From Calcarisporiella thermophila CBS 279.70 (lineage: Eukaryota > Fungi > Calcarisporiellomycota), in the NCBI RefSeq assembly GCF_041956535.1, contig NW_027192196.1:1047823-1111822 (forward strand): a DNA stretch of 64,000 bases, written 5' to 3'. The position numbers and the translations under genes were made by a program. The notes beneath the pieces are model-generated. The model worked only from the letters and a program-made list of their open reading frames with translations, was not told the origin of the DNA and did no database searches. Shown here piece after piece: positions 1-10,491 of the stretch (its first letter is position 1; every line of letters starts with the position of its first letter).

Positions 1-292
1 TGCCCAGGCGGCCCGGCTGGCGCGCACGGAGATGGACTTGGATGTGGAGGAGTTTGCGGAGGTGCCGGCGGCGGAGTCGGGGGGCGACCTCCCAGCGAAG
101 CGGGCAATGGCCACCTCAGACACTTCGACCCCCGCGACGCCCGTCCCCGTGGTGACCCCGTTGGGAGACAAGGAGGAGGAGGAGGTGGAGGTGGAGGTGG
201 AGGTGGAAGAGGAGGAGGCGCTGGACTCCATTGGGCACATCGAGGACTACATGTTCCGTTTCCTGGAGCGGGAGCTTGGGATGGTGCTCTAA
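1..292 (+). CDS. 3' end of an unidentified protein (acidic low-complexity segment, C-terminus IEDYMFRFLERELGMVL)
   Basis: GC-rich frame open from the window edge to TAA at ~292, followed by a T-rich 3'UTR; family not recognised. Confidence 0.6.
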   Translation, partial: AQAARLARTEMDLDVEEFAEVPAAESGGDLPAKRAMATSDTSTPATPVPVVTPLGDKEEEEVEVEVEVEEEEALDSIGHIEDYMFRFLERELGMVL

Positions 293-830
293 CCGCGGCA
301 TTGCGTCCCCCTCATGGGATGACGGCCCCTGCACGACCGTTTCTTTTCTCCTTTGATGATACTTTTTCCTTTTTGTTTGGTGTACAGAAAATATTGTTTT
401 TTTTTCTCCTTTTCCTTGTATTTATTTTTGGGCCCTTTTTTTTTCTTTCTTTCTTTCTTCCACTCTTCTTTCGATATTAAAGATTAATTTACTTATCGCT
501 TTGCATTTTTTTTCTTAATAATTTAGTACATCTTCACTCGTAGACAAAACCTAAAGACGACTACCCATGATCTCCGGATAGGAATCCATCACGCTGGGTA
601 TGCTGGCCTGCGCCTGCAGTAGCTGCCGGCGGAGAAGGAACGAATCGCTTACAGAAAGAGCATTCACTATCATTTAACATTGCAGAATGGAAAAATAAAA
701 AAAAAAAAAAAGAAGGGGAAAAAAACGCACAAAAACAAACATTAATAGAAATACATTAGATTAAGCTTGGAGGGAAATTGACACAGAAATGCATTGAGAG
801 AGAATAGGGAGTTGCTTTTTTATGGTGTCC

Positions 831-2896
831 TCAAGTCGACTCTTGAGGCGATGGATATGCGTCCGATTTTGTCTCGTCTTTTTGCGACCAACTCTTCGGC
901 TCGGCGGCCGGCCCCTTCGCTCCCGCGGTGGCCTCCGCCCCCGTCGCCTCGGTCCCCCCCTCCTCTCCCTCCTTCTCCTCCCGAGCAGCGGCATAGGAAA
1001 ACTTGAGCGGGAACTGCTCCCACTCGGGCCACAACTTGTCTAGCACGCCCCGCATCCACTTCACCAGCCCGCCCACCTGCTCCCATTGGATCACCGGACC
1101 AGCCGTCAGTGTCCCAACCAGCTTCGCCAGGTTGTGGACCGCCTCCTTCCGGAGCGGGGCGAAGTGCTCCGCGAGGTGGGCGTGGATCTGCGACGCCACC
1201 ACCACGGTGGCAAACATGCGCGAGAACTTGCACCAGGCGCCCTGGCGGGCGAGCTCCTGCAGCAGATCCACGATCTCTACCGCGCTCTTGCGGCACTCGC
1301 GCACGGCGATCTTGACCAGCTGCCTCATCAGCGGGGTGTCAGTGCGCGGGGACGGGTAAATCTTGAGAAACCGCAGCCAGAGCTGGCCCCAGAACGCAAA
1401 AAGTTGGCCGCGCACGATATATCCTCCCAGGGCGGCCCCTCGTTGATCCACCGGGAGCGCAGCGGGGTGTGGTATTGCTTGAAGACGACGGTCGCCCGCA
1501 TGAGGGAATCGAGGACCTCGGGGTCGGGGGAGGAAAGATCCACCTGAGGCAGCTCGAAGAGCTCCGAGAGTGCGCGCGCGTTCTCGACCACATAGCGCTG
1601 CAGGGGGGAGGGGGGAGAGAAAGAGAAACAGAAAGAGTCAGTCCAATGCCGTGGCGAAACCAGTGCAGCGCATACTGTACCATAGTGCGTTGGGAACCTT
1701 CGTCCTCGCTTGGCAATGGGATGGGGATGGCGGCGTTCTTGATGGCAGCGTAGTGGATGACTGGAGTTTTGACGCCGTACACCGCTAGGCACATATCTGC
1801 CAGGCACAGCCCCCACCTAAAGAGACAGGGTTAGAGCGGCAAGCAAAGAGGGCGGGGCTTCCCGTCGCCTCCCTCCCTCGGCTTAAAGGGCAACCCATTC
1901 TTACCAGATGCGCTTGTGTTTCTCCCGCTGCAGCGTGTTCTCCTTGTTCCCCTCCAGGTGCATGCCCAGCTCCTGAGCCATGCGGATGGCAAGCTCCAGG
2001 TAGAAGTGAGCCTTTGGGTACTGGGCCTGCAGGAGCAGGTGCTCGCTCAAATTCAAAAACGCAATGACCCTCTGCTCGGACGGCTCGTCGAAGCCGCCCT
2101 CGAGGGCGCTCCTCGCCTCCTCGAAGCAGGTGGCGGCCACCAGAGGGAGCTGTCGCGCAAAGGGCAGGCGGTGGAAGCGGTACGAGTGGTGGGCCGCCCA
2201 GCCGACGGCCGAGTACACAAAGGCGGGGTCGAGCTCGTCGCGGTAGAACCGCTCGAGCAGCTGGGCGCGGTCCAGCGGCTGGTATAGGAAGAAGCACGAG
2301 GTTGCGTACTGGTGGAACAGATGCTGGACCACATGCCTGCGCACGGGCCCGCGGCCGACGCCCTCCCACACCACGCTGGAGCTCTGCAGCATGCCCTGGA
2401 TGCTATGGCGCTCGAATGTTCCCTGGACAACAATGTCTGCCTTGGTCGCGGCGCACTTGTGGGGGGTGGGCATGTGCAGGTTGGAGCGCACATCGATGTC
2501 GCTGGAGAAATGGCGCTGCATCAGGTTGAACAAATCGCCCGCGGTGCGGAGATGCAGCTGGAACCGGAGCTGCCCTGGGGTCATTCCGGCGGCCAGCCTC
2601 CGGGCCGCGTGCCTCGGATTGGGCGGTTGGTGCTGGGCGATTCGGGGAGATTTGACCATTTGCATCGAGGCCTTGTTGCCGGCGGGGGGGGATCTGGAGG
2701 AGAGCGCCGATTCGAGGTCGCGCGGGATGGTGCCCACCGTGGTCTCCAGCTGCTCCATGTGCCGGTGCAGCTCATTCATGTGCGTGACGAGGCGAAGGAG
2801 CAGCTCGTCCTCGCGCATCGAGTTTGGATCGATGGGCGAGGTTTTGGGCCGGCTTTTGGCGGGGGGCGAGGTGCTTGAAGACATCGGATCAGACAT
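831..2896 (-). CDS. Fungal_trans/middle-homology-domain regulator without Zn2Cys6 domain (paralog 1); 1-bp frameshift at 1398-1402 (possible pseudogene or sequence error)
   Basis: MHD-like motifs (AIRMAQELGMH...REKHKRIWWGLCLAD), N-terminal heptad LVTHMNELHRHMEQLE, two GT-AG introns, colinear with paralog at 10492-13000; last exon switches frame at AAC TTT TT|GCG. Confidence 0.75.
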
Positions 2897-4898
2897 GGCC
2901 AGACAGAGACGCTCAATGAGAGGTATGCAGGCAGTAGTAATCAATGATCGAGGGTGATGCTAGACTTAATGAAGATAGGAAAAAGGTTATGGCTTGAGAG
3001 GACACCCGCCCTTCGAAAAAAAAAATTGCTTTTCAAGCCATTCATTTGGTTGTGGCCCTCCGTTTCCCTCCCCCAAAATGAGAAATCTCCTTGAGCACCC
3101 GCCCTTACCACGGCAAATAGAGTTCCCTTTACACAATTCCAGCTCAATCCAAACTCTATTCAGCGTTCGGCACTTTGACTCTGGAGAGGCCACTCATGGC
3201 CCTCGGGGAAAAACGTTCCCCGACCCTCTTCTCGCCCTGCCCTGCCCCGCCCTGCCCGCCCGCCCGCCCGAGCCTCGGCCGGCTCGGAAGGGCGCCCCTG
3301 CGGCAGCCCCCGTCGGAAGCTCGGCCCCGCTGCCCTTAGGAATAGGCGAGGGCGGCAGCCCATTCCGGGCCGCCTTCCGGAAAAAGGAAGGTGTGCGGCT
3401 TGCCCTTGGCTGTACTAGTGTGGTGTTGAGGCTTCGGCCGCTCGCCTAACCTCATACCGCTCCCGCAATCGAGGCCCGCCGGCCCTGGTGAGCCAAATTT
3501 TGGCCCAACCCGTGATTCGATGGCTCATTGGCGGAGTGGCTCAGGCGCAATCCGGCCGTCGCATTGGTCCCCACCGCTTTGATTGCCGGCTCCCAATGGC
3601 TAGCGCGGCTGCAACTGCCACGCTCGCTTTCCGTCGGAGACTGACCGCGGCTGCCTCCCCTTCCCAAGCCGCGCTGGGTCATCCTGGATCGCAAAGATGA
3701 GGGCCGCTGTGTGCTCCGCTCCTGCCGTCTCGAGGATACACGCGCGCTTTTAAGCTTTCGGCTCTAATCTTTGCCTCTCTACAGCCGTGTAGTCGAGCCA
3801 GAATATTCCTCGGCGGGCGTTCAACCAGCGTTAATATTCTCTGAAGAAGGTTGGGGATGGGGTTGACGGCTAAACTCAACTCTTCTAAGCTCTCCCGGTG
3901 TGCTCGATATAGCAAAAACTAATACGGATTCATCGGCATCCCCCCCCCTCCTCCACTTCACTTTGCATTTACATGGATGTCGCCGGAGACTGCAATCACT
4001 TTCCCCATTGCATGGCGTCAATAAAGCGTATATTTCTCAGCCAAAACAAAAGGCAAGGACTCTACATGACGGGAATGGAGTGAGGATTGGCATTGACTTT
4101 GGGCCGATCATGCGTCACAAGATGGATTCTAGAATAGAGCGGGTAGGGAACTAGGTTTTGGGCGGGAGAGTTAAATCGATTAACAAATCTATTTGAGCCC
4201 ACTCTCGCATACCCTCAGATTAACCGGGGAATCAGACTTTGAAGCTTAATATTTGATTAACGCCTCTTAGCCAGTCGCTATCCTCAGCTTAGTCGGCAGT
4301 GTCGAATTTAGCAGGGAGGACCGCTTTCCGGACACATTGGTGGGCGTACAAACTCCGGCTTCCCAGGAACAGGAAATCTTCATCTTGCGTGGAATGACTT
4401 TGAATTGTTTTATAATAATGAAGGTTCCTGCCTCCTCTCCGAGTGCTCTGACCAGGAACCAAGCTGCCATCCAGATCGAGAGGAATTGCAAATTGAAACA
4501 CGGCTGCCCCCGGGAGAGCTTATGGAGATTGCGAGGAGCGGTTTGAAATCAAAATAGGATTGATTCCACGGCCTTCCCCCCACCTGAAATTTTTGTTTGT
4601 AAATCTTCCGATCGCTTCTCAAGATTCCTCCCCTCCTATTATTCCGGCTAATCCCCCGACCATGTCTTTTTCCAATACTCCTCTCCTTGTTTCCGTATAA
4701 AATTGGTTCGTTGATATTTTATTCTTTTTTTTTGTCCATCTCCGCTTGGCGCCGGAAGAGCATCTTTTATTCTTTTTTATAGGTCTTGGGGTCTCACAAT
4801 TTGCTCCCAGAGTATATATAGTAGCATCATACCCATTTTCTTATACTTTCACTATCCCTCCTCGCCTCTCCCCTCCCCCATACTTACTGCGTAGAAAT

Positions 4899-5665
4899 AT
4901 GCATCTATGCCAATGGTTGATTCTTGCCCTCCTTCCTTTGTTAGTGAGCGCCCAGCTCAACACCTCGCTCGCGTTGACGCCGTGCGCGTCCCAGCCCCCG
5001 CCCAGTGACTCTCTCGCTGCCCAGCTCAAAGGCTTGGTGACCAGTGTAGAAAACATCAGCGTGAAGGTGCGGGGAAGCGTCTTGCTGGAGAACGCATGCA
5101 CGTTTGCCGTGCTCGACTTCACCTATTTCTATTCTCTGCCCCAGGTGACTAGAGACTCCCCCCCACCCCCTTTGTTTTTAGACTCTGTTGTGGTGGTGAA
5201 GGACTCAATTCGATTCCTTTGATGCTTTTGACTGTGTAGACCTACTGGTACGGCGGAAATGACACCGACCCGGACTCCTATGCCGTCAAAGTGTAAGCCC
5301 TCTTCCTTTGGTCTAGTCGACCCACGACTTGAAAAATCTACTGGAGAGGGGGTATTTGACCTAATATAACCTTCTTTAGGAGCGACACGCCGGTGGGGTC
5401 TTTCTCCGAGAACGCACGCGTCCCCTTTACACTTCTGCCCGGGGTCACTTTCCACAACTTCACCGTGCTCAAGCTCTATTCCGAGACCTTTAAGCAGATC
5501 GTGGCTGTGGCGCAAGTCCGCCGCTCGTCAGCACTGCCTCCTTCCGCTCATTCCAACTCGAAATCTCTCACCAACACTTCCGGCGCCGAGAGAGGCCCAC
5601 GGCGCACCCTGGCCACCATCTTCATCATGTCGCACCTTGTGCTGCTCTCCATTTTATTTGTTTAA
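4899..5665 (+). CDS. Secreted, probably GPI-anchored DM13-like domain protein (3 exons: 4899-5144, 5240-5292, 5380-5665)
   Basis: Signal peptide MHLCQWLILALLPLLVSA; VRGSVLLENACTFAVLDFTY..PQTYWYG and FTLLPGVTFHNFTVLKLYSETF resemble the DM13 pattern; Ser-rich linker and hydrophobic C-terminus. Confidence 0.65.
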
Positions 5666-5859
5666 CGGCCCGGCCTCATCGCCCCCCCCCCCCAAGACTA
5701 TTGTACCCTAGTGTAATCTCTTCTTCTTTTTTGATTATTTCACTATCACGGCACTCTATTTGCTTGTGTCTTGTCTGTCTTATTATTACCCATGCATGAA
5801 CAAAATTACAACAATAATAGCCACAACCATAATAAGATTCATAATAGTATGCATGAAGT

Positions 5860-6207
5860 TTAGCTTGGTTCTGGGAAAGCGATATCTTTGAACACTTGAC
5901 CACATCGCTTGCAAACCGTCTTCTTTCTCGCGAAGCCGCAGCAGAGGGGAAGGCCGATCATGGCAAAAAAAAGAGTTAGGCCGGTGTAGTGCGCGCGCAA
6001 CTAGGATGGGAGGGCTCATGGTTAGCTAATCGGGCTTGGCTCTGAGTAAACAAAAAAAAAAAGACAAGTGGTTACCTCGTGATTTCCGCCTTTCGGGCAG
6101 GGCGGTAGCGAGGCTGCTATTCTTTGCTGCTCTTCTATGGCGGGATGCTGCAAAGAGTTGCCGGAGTATTTCTGATCCGTGGGGGGATTAGAAGGATATG
6201 AAGACAT
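5860..6207 (-). CDS. Small BRI3-like Cys-rich membrane protein, 90 aa (exons 6207-6076, 6000-5860); missed by ORF track
   Basis: Spliced product ...PPCPKGGNHE|LRAHYTGLTLFFAMIGLPLCCGFARKKTVCKRCGQVF...; hydrophobic stretch, CC and CxxCG as in BRI3/LITAF-type proteins. Confidence 0.7.
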
Positions 6208-7084
6208 GATGCGATGCTTGAGGTGAAGTTGGAAGGAGTTATCAGTTGGAAGGAGAATGTAATAAAATGAGCAATGTAATTTTTTTCTTATTTTGGAGAT
6301 ATCTTTAAAATGGAGTGGCATGAAAGCCCTTGTATGGCTTGGAAGAAACTTAGGAAAATTCTGTATTCAGAGCCCGAGTTTGAGCCCACCCAAATAAGCC
6401 TTCCTTCGATGGCTGCATAGGCCACTAGGTCATACTCCTAATTTCTCTTCCAGCATTTGCTAATGAAGAAGTCCTAAATGCTGGGCTGGCTCTATGATCT
6501 ATTTCATAGCTTGAATTTTGAAATACTGTCTGACTCATTCGGTGTGATATCTAGCCACCTTTCTTCTAGTCATGGATGTCCAACACGAGACGACATAATC
6601 AACCATTGCTTGAAGGGTATTTTGTATGTCATGGTGACTGTTTTTCCCAAAGAGTAGGATATATTATCCCTTCTGAAAATAGTGTCAATTAAGCCACTGA
6701 AATTAAAACAATGCCATATTAATATTGATGATTTTTCTTTTTGCATATTGCATAAGAGTCATTAGTAAATAAAATATCATGAAGCATTACAAAGCTAAAA
6801 TTCATCACAATGGATCAAGAAGGCCATCTGATGCTCCGGTTCGCCTCGAAGATAAGGAATACAAACCCCCCATGCTACATTGAAAATAGGTTGTCCTGAG
6901 TATCCTGAAAACCGCCTCGGATAAGTTCAGCTGCAAAGGTTCGAATCGGGTCCTATTACGAAGCAGCGTCTTCAAGCTTTAATATGTTGCGTTATTCTTG
7001 AGCTCTTGCTGCAGACCAGCAAGCTTGGAGCATCCTCTTGTGAGAGTTTCCTTGAGCTTAATGTAAGCGATTCTATTTGAGAAT

Positions 7085-8255
7085 GTATTTCAATTGCAAT
7101 GATAAAAAAAAAAAGCCAGAAAACAGACGTGTAGCACATTTCCATCTCTCACAAAAGTAGAGAAACGCCACAACCCAAAGTTCAAGTCATCTAATTGCAA
7201 AAGAGTGTAAATCCTGTGCAGCCTTGAAAGAATACCACACAAATAACTCTTGCTATTCACTATATAAGTTTGGGTATTCACACCATTGTGTATATATCGA
7301 TGCAAATAAAAAAGCTAGCAAAATAATTCTTCAAACTACTTGTCAAAATCGGTCATCGATGTTGCTCATCCAACGCACACATCGAGCTATTCCCTACCTT
7401 TCTGTTGGTACTCCTATTGTTGAACGGGGCAACCAACGGCACAAGTTCGGGAATAAATGATTCGCATACCCCGCCGTGTGTTCTTCAATGCGTCACAGAG
7501 GCGAGTCAAACTGCTGATTGCAACTTTACAGACCCGACATGGGCTTTCACAAGAACTTATTTCTTCAAAGCACACAACAATGCTTGGCATCTAGTTGCTC
7601 CCCTGCTGTCCAACAGGCCTCACTAGCGCTTCAGCAATCTCTATGCGGTTCGACCAGGAAGGCTCCGTAATCATCCATACGCTTTCCTATGAAATACATC
7701 GCACCATTTAATGGGTCCGTTTCCAACCCAACTCTTCTGAAATAGCTTTGCAAAGTCATAATTTCTCCCCAAATTTCATGTTCCCCATATTCACCTATTG
7801 AATGCTTTTGTTAGTAAAACCAGCACACCATTCTTGGCGGTTCGCTACATTTAAAAACGCAAATAACCGGGCAACAGCAGCATGAGACAGCCAGAAGGAC
7901 AAACATAAAAGCCGCGAACCTACGAAGCATTGGGAACGGCCATCAGAAGTGAACGACCAAAAAAGGAACTATGTGCATAAAAAGATGGGGTAAGCACAGG
8001 TTCACGTAGCTCGTGCAGATGCGAGAATGGTGAGAGATCTACCCTGAATGAAGCCGGCTGTGATCTCAGCACCCTGACCGAACCTCGTGTTTCTATTTCT
8101 GTCCATATCCTGTGTTCTATGGGCCACATTTATAAGCCTCAGAGTGGAACCAAATCCGCGAACTCGGTGCATGCGGCGGATGCATCATCACAAGCACCCA
8201 TCCCAATCTACACGCTAATAGTGTCATCCGAGATGCGGCCAAGGAAGAGCTTGGC
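7085..8255 (+). repeat. Tandem duplication unit, copy 1 (contains CFEM pseudogene)
   Basis: Colinear similarity to 8490-9763, e.g. ttccatctctcaca, ctaattgcaaaa, accctgaatgaag, tcatcacaagc, gtgtcatccga. Confidence 0.85.
7359..7670 (+). pseudogene. CFEM pseudogene
   Basis: Homologous to 8874-9188; frameshifts near 7390 and 7565; CxC replaced by WAF; remaining pieces PPCVLQC..ADC..TD and QQCLASSC...SLC. Confidence 0.8.
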
Positions 8256-8460
8256 CAGGTGAAGCTGGGGCGCGGGCGTGGTGGGCGGGAAGAAACAACA
8301 GTGATACCGGCTGTTGCGGCAGGCCATCTCCCCAAAGTACTGGGAGAACTTGCAAGCTGTTTTGGCCACTTCTTGGCGGCCCAGTGCCTTCCATGGTTGC
8401 GGCACATCCACCGGCCGCTTTTCATCCTGGGTGTGGGCCAGCCTCTCTGGCGACACTTGG
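8256..8460 (-). pseudogene. Internal fragment of the MHD regulator (relic of paralog 2)
   Basis: PERLAHTQDEKRPVDVPQPWKALGRQEVAKTACKFSQYFGEMACRNS aligns with PERQTPAQDKKRPMGVSQQLRSLGLQEVAKAACKISQYFNEIARRNS at ~11047-11250; DNA similarity is also visible. Confidence 0.9.
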
Positions 8461-8489
8461 CCAATCATACAAATCAGTCCTAATTTGGA

Positions 8490-9763
8490 ATGTATTTCGG
8501 TTGGAATGATTCAAAAAAAAAACATGATCAAGGCAGATATGCAGTCCATTTCCAGATTTTTCCATCTCTCACAGCATTAGAGGAACGCAATCCCCTATAG
8601 ACGTTCATGTAGTCTAATTGCAAAATGATGCAGATCCTGTGCGTCATAGAATAAAGAATAATAATACAAGAATATCTCATGCCATTCTTTATATAAATCT
8701 TGGTATTCGCACGCACTAAAATGTATATATTGATGCAAAAAGCAAAAAAAAATTAAACCAGGAAACCAATTCTTCCAAGCTCATATATTCTGTAAAATAT
8801 TTAAACGGCAGAAATTGAAAGAAATTGGCTTTTTTCAGGTTTCTTCATAATACCCATCCAACCATTGTCAACGATGTCGCCAATCAAACGCACACATCCG
8901 GCCATCCTATTCACTGCTTTTCTGTTTGCCCTCCTAGTGTTGAACGGGACAGCCAACGGTTCGAGTTTGGGAGTGAGAGGTTTTCCAGGCATCTCTATGT
9001 GCATCATTTCGTGCAGCTCAGAGGCCGCCTCGAACACAGGATGCTCCTCGTTTACCAACCTGGCCTGCGTTTGCACCGATGCTAATTTCCAAAGCATAGC
9101 TAGCCAGTGTATACAATCCAATTGCCCTGATGAACAACAGGCCGCAAAATCGCTTCAATCCCAGCATTGCGCCTCTTACAAACAATAATATATCGTGCCA
9201 TTTTAATGGATCAGTCTCCATTCCAATGCTTCCATGATAACTTTGCCGAGTCGTTGTTTCCGCACCATCCCTTGTTCCCCAAATTCACTAATTTTTTACT
9301 TTGTTAATAAAAACTACATACCATTCTTGGGAGCTGGCTAGGATAATAAAAAAAATGCAAAATAAACCCGGGAAACATTAGCATAAGGCTGCCATAAGGG
9401 TGAACATGAAGGAGACGAACCTGCAAAGCAAAGAAAGCTACCATCCGGAGTGAACGACCAGGGGCGGGACCATGTGCGTAAAAGCATGGCGTAAGCATTA
9501 TCACACATCTCTCAAGCAGATGCGAGAACTGCGAAGCATCCACCCTGAATGAAGTCGGCTGTGTTTTCAGCACCCAGGCCGAGCATCGAGTTTCTATTTC
9601 GGACCATCGAGCACGCTTCAGTGTGCTCTGAGCCATGCTTGTAAGCTCCAGGGTGAAGCCAAAACTTCGAACACGATGCATGCTTAGGGTGTCATCACAA
9701 GCGCCCACCCCAATCAACCTCCCTGAAGGTGTCATCCGAAATGAGGTCCGGAAGGAGGTTGGC
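8490..9763 (+). repeat. Tandem duplication unit, copy 2 (contains intact CFEM gene)
   Basis: Colinear with 7085-8255. Confidence 0.85.
8874..9188 (+). CDS. Small secreted CFEM-domain protein (104 aa, no GPI tail)
   Basis: Signal peptide followed by 8 Cys in CFEM spacing: CIISC...GC..TNLACVC...QCIQSNC...HC. Confidence 0.85.
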   Translation: MSPIKRTHPAILFTAFLFALLVLNGTANGSSLGVRGFPGISMCIISCSSEAASNTGCSSFTNLACVCTDANFQSIASQCIQSNCPDEQQAAKSLQSQHCASYKQ

Positions 9764-10491
9764 GTCTCTATCAGGCCAGCTGCACAACCTGCTTTTCTCT
9801 TCGCTCCACGGCTTCTAGACGGGCCTTTATTTGTCCATCAAGGTGACTCTGATCCATTCGATCCCCGCCATCTCAGCGCGGGCGGGGGGCAGCTTAGCGG
9901 GGATGCCTCTCCGGTAGCCCGGGATGCTAACGGAGATTCAAGTCGGCGCGGTCACATGTAACACCCCCAGAGCGCCACATGTCACGATTGACAAGCGAGA
10001 GCGCAGAACATCCAAAATGAAAAACGGCCTGGTTGCCTCGGGCTGTATCACCACAGGCGTCCTCACCATTCAATGAAAGGTGCTGACAAAGCAGGGAAGC
10101 TCGCCATCCACGCTTTTCTCTCCCTCCCCTCCCCCAACGCACCATCACCATGACGCGACGGTGACAAGCGCGAGCGAGCTGGCTTGCCCACCCAATTCTG
10201 ACAGAATGAGGCTAGTCCAATTTTACCATTCCGCTTTCATTATTAAAAAAAGTCTATTGAAAGGTAGTCCCACCGTGTAAAAATAAACAAGCTTTGGAAA
10301 AATCAAGTCAAAGAGTGAAGGGGATATATAATACAAGTGATATTACATTGCGAAAAAGAGTCAGCCAGCATAGAGGGCAGAAATATGTATAAATATGTAT
10401 AACTACAGCAGCAAGAGGATAACAACAAATTAGAAAGAGATCTATTAAGGGTCAGTTGGCCATGACCCGCTGTCCACTTTCGTCTTCCATA

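Noticed and set aside
300-365. ATGA...GA SECIS-like core in a 3'UTR
   Set aside because: No complementary stem and no in-frame TGA seen
3679-3915. LEELSLAVNPI matches one LRR consensus on the minus strand
   Set aside because: Single motif, no further repeats or credible gene structure; likely chance
3821-4021. Cys-rich ORF upstream of regulator 1 as the missing Zn cluster
   Set aside because: Cys spacing does not fit Zn2Cys6
6930-6955. GGTTCGAATC tRNA B-box-like sequence
   Set aside because: No T-stem pairing or cloverleaf
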